A model generated the notes under the pieces. The model did not search any database. It was not told the origin of the DNA and worked only from the letters and a program-made list of their open reading frames with translations. From the IMG/VR virus record IMGVR_UViG_3300025849_000025, positions 1-64,000 of that record: 64,000 nucleotides of DNA. The stretch is one strand, 5' to 3'. This document shows, in pieces, positions 58,511 through 64,000 of this stretch. This DNA is from a virus. The position numbers and the translations under genes are program-made. Within the stretch, counting starts at the first letter, position 1; each line of letters begins with the position of its first letter.

Positions 58511-60004
58511 TTATATTTCTACAGTAAAGATTTTAGTCTTAAACTGTTGCTCTCCATACATGTCGATCCTTTTACGAAAATGATCAAGAGTATAGTTGTT
58601 ATAAGAACCAGAAGATAGATCATCACTAACATCATAAAGAACAGCTTTATCTGAACCATTACCTTTTCTTAGTGAACGACCAACAGACTGGAATACTTTA
58701 ATCTCAGATTTACCACCAAAAGCAAAGATAACATTATCCAATCTCTTAAGGTTAACACCAGTAGAATAAGTGCCAAAGGAAGCAAGGATATTATGTTTCT
58801 TCTCAGGATCATTCTCAACAAGATGTCTAATCCTTTCACGTTCTTCACCTTTAACCCCACCATGAATAAAATGCAGTTCTCTCCCCTCTTTTTGAAAGAG
58901 GGGTTCTAAAACCTTACCATGTTTCTCAACCAAATCAAATAAGACTAAGTTGTTTTGACCTTCTAAAGACCACAATAGATTTCTTAGGAATATGTTTCTT
59001 CTTTCACAATTAACCAAGAACTCTCGCTCAGCACTAAACTTTCTACTGGCGTCAAGTTTATTGATAGCTTTCTTGAAGCCCTTTCTTATCTCTTGACTAT
59101 GTGAAAGAACAATCGCTTTAACTTCGAAGTCAGCAACAGTACCATCATCAATAAGGTTCTTGGTTGTTACATGCTGTCTAACAGAACCAAAACACCCTTC
59201 AAGAACAAGTCGGTGTGTCTTACTCTCTTCTGTTTTCAATGTACCAGTAAACCCATGTCTATAATAACAATCAGGCAACATACCCATAATCGTCTGAAGT
59301 GACTTAGCTTGGAATTGATGTGCTTCGTCACCAAGAACTACTTTAAATTGAGCAAACCATTCTTTAGGTAACTTAACCAATGACTGCCATGTAGATACAA
59401 CAACAGGCTTATCTGTATTTTTCTCAGCACCACCTTTAATCTTGTGGATTGCCTCAGGATCACAGCCATAATCAATGAAGTCACCTTCCATCTGGTGGAC
59501 AAGTGAGATTGTAGGGACAATGATAAGTGTTCTGTGGTTAAACTTTTTATAATAATGCTGCTGGATTAGATAAATGATCAGAGACTTACCAGATGATGTT
59601 GGCGACAAAGATAACGATCTACTATCACGCAAAGCATCTACAATGTATTGGTTTTGGTAATCTCTAGGAATAAACTTACAGTTCACTTCCTTAGCTAACT
59701 GGATACCATAATCATCAGGGATATCATCTTCGCCATGGATCAAATGGTCAGGAGCATCGATGTCATAACCACGGTCTTCACAGAAAATAATCAACTTCTT
59801 CATCAGACCAACCATCAAGGTAGGACGCATTGGGGAGTAGAGTCTGATAAAACCGTCCCAGATTTTATTCTTGTAAGAAGGTGTGAACATGTAATTTGCA
59901 GGTCTAAACGAAAAGAATTCTTGTATCTCTTGTCGTATGCCTGGATCGGCAGTTACTTTTAGATTGATAGCATCCAGTTGTTCTACAGTAATTACGTCTG
60001 CCAT
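58511..60004 (-). CDS. uvsW: UvsW SF2 helicase
   Basis: PRDYQ, SPTSSGKS, DEAH, GFTGT and QSVGR. Confidence 0.95.
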   Translation of the reverse strand: MADVITVEQLDAINLKVTADPGIRQEIQEFFSFRPANYMFTPSYKNKIWDGFIRLYSPMRPTLMVGLMKKLIIFCEDRGYDIDAPDHLIHGEDDIPDDYGIQLAKEVNCKFIPRDYQNQYIVDALRDSRSLSLSPTSSGKSLIIYLIQQHYYKKFNHRTLIIVPTISLVHQMEGDFIDYGCDPEAIHKIKGGAEKNTDKPVVVSTWQSLVKLPKEWFAQFKVVLGDEAHQFQAKSLQTIMGMLPDCYYRHGFTGTLKTEESKTHRLVLEGCFGSVRQHVTTKNLIDDGTVADFEVKAIVLSHSQEIRKGFKKAINKLDASRKFSAEREFLVNCERRNIFLRNLLWSLEGQNNLVLFDLVEKHGKVLEPLFQKEGRELHFIHGGVKGEERERIRHLVENDPEKKHNILASFGTYSTGVNLKRLDNVIFAFGGKSEIKVFQSVGRSLRKGNGSDKAVLYDVSDDLSSGSYNNYTLDHFRKRIDMYGEQQFKTKIFTVEI

Positions 60005-60036
60005 GATAACCTCACATTGTTCATAGTATATGCTAC

Positions 60037-60044
60037 TATTTATA
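60037..60044 (-). promoter_or_regulatory. Late promoter TATAAATA inside an RBS-occluding hairpin upstream of uvsW
   Basis: Exact consensus flanked by the CACATTGT/ACAATGTG inverted repeat. Confidence 0.75.
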
Positions 60045-60059
60045 CAATGTGGCTAAGGC

Positions 60060-60494
60060 TTAATATTCGCCTGCTTGGAACTTAATCACGTCTACCATAG
60101 ACTTAATAATGAAGTTTCGGCTGTGGATAGTCTTGATAATGCTCTCAAGATAGTTAGCATTCTCTGAGTGGTAATCAATTTTAAGACTTAGATTAATAAT
60201 ATCTCTATCTGCTTGGATGTGTTTATCCAAGTCAGCACGTATAATCTTTCTTTGGCATGGCTTCCAACCACGAATACGCAAGTCTTCTTCAGCCATTTCA
60301 CCACCGTAGTAGTCACGCTTATCCATCTCAAGTTCTTTATAGTCGCCCTTGAGCTTCTTAACACGCAAAGCTTCTGTGTAATACATGTTGTAATACTTAC
60401 TGTGCAACGAAGGAATGTTTCGAAGTTCGTTCATCAAGTCGTTTTCGTTGATTTTAGAATCTTTACTCCAAATCTCACTGATTTTATTTTCCAA
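60060..60494 (-). CDS. uvsY: Recombination mediator UvsY
   Basis: W.KDSKI, IPSLHSKY, R.F.IK..D..KF.AG. Confidence 0.9.
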   Translation of the reverse strand: MENKISEIWSKDSKINENDLMNELRNIPSLHSKYYNMYYTEALRVKKLKGDYKELEMDKRDYYGGEMAEEDLRIRGWKPCQRKIIRADLDKHIQADRDIINLSLKIDYHSENANYLESIIKTIHSRNFIIKSMVDVIKFQAGEY

Positions 60495-60548
60495 AACATA
60501 ATCCTCTCTATATTAATGAAAGGATTATACCACAAATATTAGAGAGTG

Positions 60549-61037
60549 TCAACCAACTTTTTCGAAGGTATATCTGTCATATCGGAAAGACATGTTAACT
60601 TCTGGGTAGAATACGTCAGTTCCAGTTATGTCAAGATTTACAGCACTTAGAGATACTGGTGTACAGTTTAGGAAGTTGAACTTCACGTTTAGATTCTTGT
60701 TGCTGTTCAAGATCAGAATGCTGATATCACTGTCAAGACCTTCGACCCCATCTTTCAATGGTTTGTAATCATCAAACTTTTCTGGGCTTGCAAGAGCTTT
60801 CATCCAATTGTAACATTCCATATAGTTGTTCATGTTTTCGTCTACAAGGAAACTGAAGTCTAAATCTTGGTACGCCAATCTGTCGCCAGCAACAAACAAG
60901 TTTCCCATAGGGTTCACTAGCTGTGGAGCTTCTAATGTGACACCTGGGATAAACGCTTTCTGTGTGAAGAACTCTACGTTAGGTAAACGTGATACAGACA
61001 CGGTAAAACCAATAGGTGATAAGTAATTAGTGTTCAT
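60549..61037 (-). CDS. gp3: Tail tube terminator gp3-like
   Basis: NYLSPIGF...LPNVEFF, F.VDENM.NY; late promoter at 61081-61088. Confidence 0.85.
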   Translation of the reverse strand: MNTNYLSPIGFTVSVSRLPNVEFFTQKAFIPGVTLEAPQLVNPMGNLFVAGDRLAYQDLDFSFLVDENMNNYMECYNWMKALASPEKFDDYKPLKDGVEGLDSDISILILNSNKNLNVKFNFLNCTPVSLSAVNLDITGTDVFYPEVNMSFRYDRYTFEKVG

Positions 61038-61054
61038 TTTCAAAACTTTCCTGT

Positions 61055-61088
61055 TTGACAATCATTGTTTTCTATGTTATTATTTATA
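61055..61088. promoter_or_regulatory. Overlapping promoters: + strand sigma70 (TTGACA-N17-TATTAT) for topoisomerase and - strand late TATAAATA for gp3
   Basis: Both consensus motifs are visible in the strand-switch gap. Confidence 0.65.
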
Positions 61089-61116
61089 AATGTTACTAAA
61101 TAAGGATTACACAAGT

Positions 61117-61194
61117 TTGGACAAACAAGACGATCCATGTGATGACGTTACACATTGGTGTGGCTATTTGAAAGGTAAAAGACAGAATGGCTGA
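61117..61194 (+). CDS. Possible 25-aa peptide (MDKQDDPCDDVTHWCGYLKGKRQNG)
   Basis: TTG start after AAGGA; overlaps the gp39 start. Confidence 0.35.
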   Translation: MDKQDDPCDDVTHWCGYLKGKRQNG

Positions 61195-63022
61195 AGATTT
61201 TAAAATTTTAACTGCACGTCAACACGTTAGAGAACGTATTGGTATGTATATGGGGTCAAGTTCTCTTGAGGAAGTTGAGCGATTCGTCATGGGTGAATGG
61301 AAAACTGCAAAGTACGTTCCTGCACTATCCAAAATGGTTGATGAAATTCTCGACAACTCAATTGACGAAGCGATTCGTACAAACTTTAAACATGCCAACA
61401 AGATCGATGTTTCGGTCAAGATGGATAACTCCATCACTATTACTGATAATGGTCGTGGCATTCCACATGAAGACGTCTTCGATGCAACCACCAAGAAAAC
61501 TATAGCAAGAGCTACAGCGGCTTGGACACGTGTTAATGCAGGCACATCATTCGATGATGAGCGTGTGACTATTGGCACTAACGGTGTTGGTTCGTCTGCT
61601 ACCAACTTCCTGTCAACTAAGTTCGTTGGTAAAACGTGGTCTAATGGAACTATCCTTCAAGTATCTTGTACTAATGGTGCGGAAAAGATACGTGAGACAA
61701 AGAAAGAGAAAACTGGTAATGGTACTGAGGTGTCATTCGTACCAGACTTTGATTTGTTTGAGGTAAACAATCTTAACGATCTTGACACACTTGCTCTGAT
61801 TGAAGATCGTTTGATTTCATTACAAATGGCTTTCCCTGAGATTACATTCTCTTTCAACAAGAAACGTATCAAGGTGAACAACCTAAAGAAATATTCTGAT
61901 ATGTTTATTCAAGAAGGCGAAGCTTCTATTATCGAAAAGAGCGATAACCTTTCTTTCTTCATTGCGTCATCTGAGGATGGATTTAGATCAAACTCATATA
62001 TTAACGGTGTGAACACACGCCAAGGCGGCACATACGTTGACTTCGTGATGAATGGTATTGTCGATGAACTTGTTGTTAAGATTAAACGCAAGCATAAGAT
62101 CGAAATGGCTAAGATCACAATTAAGAGTGGGCTATCGTTCGTGATGTTCAGCCGTAACTTTGTCAATCCAAAGTTTGATTCACAAACAAAAGAGCGTCTG
62201 ACGAATCCAATGGGTAACGTTAAAGCACATTACCTTGAGTCTGGTGTTAAAGACTTTGTGTTCTATGCACAAAAGATCATGAATACACCTTCGATCATTG
62301 ATCCAATCATTGAGGCTCAGTTAGCTAAGAAGTTGGCGCAAGACAAACGTGCCGCTACCCTAGCTCAAAAGAACCTTCGTAAGGTAAAGGTAGCAAAGCA
62401 CATTGCCGCTAACAAGCCCTCAGCGACCCTTAAGATCGTCGAAGGAGATTCTGCAATGGGGTTCCTACTGAAAGTTCGTAACGCTGATAAGGTGGGCGCT
62501 ATGCCGCTCAGAGGCGTTATTATGAATACATGGGATATGAAGCCAGCAGATGTGCTAAAGAATAAAGAGTTGTCTGAGTTGGTTGCTGTTCTTGGATTGA
62601 ACATCAATGATCCTGATAGTGTGGACAATATGCAGTATGAGAACATCGCAACTCTTACAGATGCTGACCACGATGGCATCGGACACATTAGTCCATTGCT
62701 GATTGCTTTCTTCTACAAGTTTTGGCCTAGACTATTAAAAGAACGTAAAGTTAAGATCACTCGAACCCCAATTATGATTTCTTCTAAAGATAAGAAGGTG
62801 AAGTGGTTCTACGGATACGAAGAAGCATCGAAGTTCAAAGCAGAAAATCCTTCTGGTTGGAAGCATCGTTACATTAAGGGTTTGGGATCACTTACCGAAG
62901 ATGAGTATGATGTGATCATCAACAAACCTGTTTACGACACTGTTACGGTTGACGATGCGTCTATGTTCCAGATGATGTTTGGAAAAGATTCGGCATTACG
63001 TAAACAGTTCATGTTTTCATAG
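61187..63022 (+). CDS. gp39: DNA topoisomerase II large subunit (gp39+gp60 in a single ORF)
   Basis: EILDNSIDE, DNGRGIP, GTNGVG ATPase motifs; EGDSA, PLRG, TDADHDG and YIKGLGS TOPRIM motifs. Confidence 0.96.
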   Translation: MAEDFKILTARQHVRERIGMYMGSSSLEEVERFVMGEWKTAKYVPALSKMVDEILDNSIDEAIRTNFKHANKIDVSVKMDNSITITDNGRGIPHEDVFDATTKKTIARATAAWTRVNAGTSFDDERVTIGTNGVGSSATNFLSTKFVGKTWSNGTILQVSCTNGAEKIRETKKEKTGNGTEVSFVPDFDLFEVNNLNDLDTLALIEDRLISLQMAFPEITFSFNKKRIKVNNLKKYSDMFIQEGEASIIEKSDNLSFFIASSEDGFRSNSYINGVNTRQGGTYVDFVMNGIVDELVVKIKRKHKIEMAKITIKSGLSFVMFSRNFVNPKFDSQTKERLTNPMGNVKAHYLESGVKDFVFYAQKIMNTPSIIDPIIEAQLAKKLAQDKRAATLAQKNLRKVKVAKHIAANKPSATLKIVEGDSAMGFLLKVRNADKVGAMPLRGVIMNTWDMKPADVLKNKELSELVAVLGLNINDPDSVDNMQYENIATLTDADHDGIGHISPLLIAFFYKFWPRLLKERKVKITRTPIMISSKDKKVKWFYGYEEASKFKAENPSGWKHRYIKGLGSLTEDEYDVIINKPVYDTVTVDDASMFQMMFGKDSALRKQFMFS

Positions 63023-63035
63023 GGGTTGACACCAA

Positions 63036-63173
63036 TTGGAAAGACTGGTAAGATTCAGATTGTGGTATAAGAAGCTAAGAGCGCAACCATTTGGTTATAA
63101 GTGGTACAACTGCATACAGTGGGCAATGCACAACAGTAAGTATTATAATATAGATGGGAAAAATCTGAAATGA
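63036..63173 (+). CDS. Possible 45-aa basic peptide
   Basis: TTG start after AGGGG; stop overlaps the next start (ATGA). Confidence 0.45.
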   Translation: MERLVRFRLWYKKLRAQPFGYKWYNCIQWAMHNSKYYNIDGKNLK

Positions 63174-63289
63174 GTAAAATTGGAAACTACGTGGTAGAAC
63201 TTCAAGAGCAAATGACCGAAGAAGAAGCACAAGCCCAATACGAAGATGAGCATGAGCCTTATTGGGAATCAGATGAGGATGGAAGATGA
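63170..63289 (+). CDS. 39-aa acidic peptide
   Basis: MSKIGNYVVELQEQMTEEEAQAQYEDEHEPYWESDEDGR; ATGA overlap with the gp52 start. Confidence 0.55.
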   Translation: MSKIGNYVVELQEQMTEEEAQAQYEDEHEPYWESDEDGR

Positions 63290-64000
63290 GTTTACTAGAA
63301 TTCACAAAAGACGATAAGTCCACTACGGACTATCCTATTAGTAAAGTCGCTAAGAACGAATGGTTAGACTTTGCTATGTATACAGTTGAGTCTCGTGCTA
63401 TCCCTAATATGATCGATGGGCTAAAACCAGTTCAGAGGTTCTATCTATATTCATCACTGCTAAACTCAAAGCGTGACTTTAAGAAGGTATCGGCTGTTGC
63501 GGGTATTATCTCAGATTATGGCTACAATCATGGCGAAACATCAGCCGCAGGTGCAGGCCAACTTATGGCGGCATCTTGGAATAACAATGTCTGCCTTGTA
63601 GAAGGTAGGGGTTCGTTCGGTACTAGGCTTGTGCAACAAGCGGGTGCGGCACGTTATGTATATACACGTGTGCATAAAAACTTTGAGACATATATCAAAG
63701 ATATCCAACTCTCTCCTGTACATGATGATCCAGAGCATGAGCCACCATCATTTTACTTGCCTGTACTACCTTTAGTATTGGCTAATGGTGCTAAGGGTAT
63801 TGCTACTGGCTTTGCTACTAGTATCTTGCCAAGAAGCACGAAGCATCTTGCCAAGGCTGTAAAAGAATATCTTGCGAAAGGTTCGATTGCACGAAAGCTT
63901 CCCATCACCTTCCCAGACTTTAGTGGATCGGTTGTATACAACAAGGAAGAAGACAAATACCAAGTCATTGGTACTTTTGAGCGTAAGAGTAAAACAGTAA
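63286..64000 (+). CDS. gp52: DNA topoisomerase II medium subunit gp52 (3' truncated by the window)
   Basis: Not in the ORF track. RAIPNMIDGLKPVQR, YNHGE, GSFG and catalytic AARY. Confidence 0.95.
   Translation, partial: MSLLEFTKDDKSTTDYPISKVAKNEWLDFAMYTVESRAIPNMIDGLKPVQRFYLYSSLLNSKRDFKKVSAVAGIISDYGYNHGETSAAGAGQLMAASWNNNVCLVEGRGSFGTRLVQQAGAARYVYTRVHKNFETYIKDIQLSPVHDDPEHEPPSFYLPVLPLVLANGAKGIATGFATSILPRSTKHLAKAVKEYLAKGSIARKLPITFPDFSGSVVYNKEEDKYQVIGTFERKSKTV

Noticed and set aside
51790-63022. Introns, inteins, homing endonucleases or a gene-60-type ribosomal hop in gp43, gp46, uvsW or topoisomerase
   Set aside because: All are continuous ORFs of ordinary length with no visible insertions.

Overview
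Segment of a large T4-like (Tevenvirinae-type) myovirus genome, about 38-40% GC by eye, probably aquatic. An alphaproteobacterial host is suggested by GANTC-containing sigma70 promoters and a ROSE-like hsp20 leader (inference). 1-36.7 kb is the tail/baseplate module: a giant repeat-rich fibre-like gene running off the left edge (absent from the ORF track), a fibre/adhesin pair, a DUF4815/VrlC-like protein, gp8, an S8 protease with a large insert, gp9-like, gp7-like, gp6, gp25, an M15 peptidase, gp5, gp27-like, a split gp53, gp48, gp4, gp2, gp54, gp26/gp51 and a tape-measure-like gene. 36.7-46.5 kb is an accessory region of small genes, many with their own stem-loop/sigma70 promoter cassettes. 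It holds a cluster of three proteins with T4 internal-protein-like N-terminal capsid-targeting motifs (a RelA/SpoT-synthetase-like NTase, an HD-family alarmone hydrolase and a putative BECR-type RNase), followed by a separately promoted CCA-ending tRNA-like RNA. 46.5-64 kb is the replication/recombination/transcription module (dUTPase, regA, gp62, gp44, gp45, glycosyltransferase, dexA, gp43, gp46, gp47, gp55, uvsW, uvsY, gp3, topoisomerase gp39+60 and gp52, which runs off the right edge). The most notable candidates are the putatively virion-delivered alarmone/tRNA module, a predicted -1 frameshift joining gp26 to gp51, a ROSE-like thermometer on hsp20, GANTC-containing promoter cassettes and an in-frame split gp53. 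All calls come from reading motifs by eye; no searches were run.
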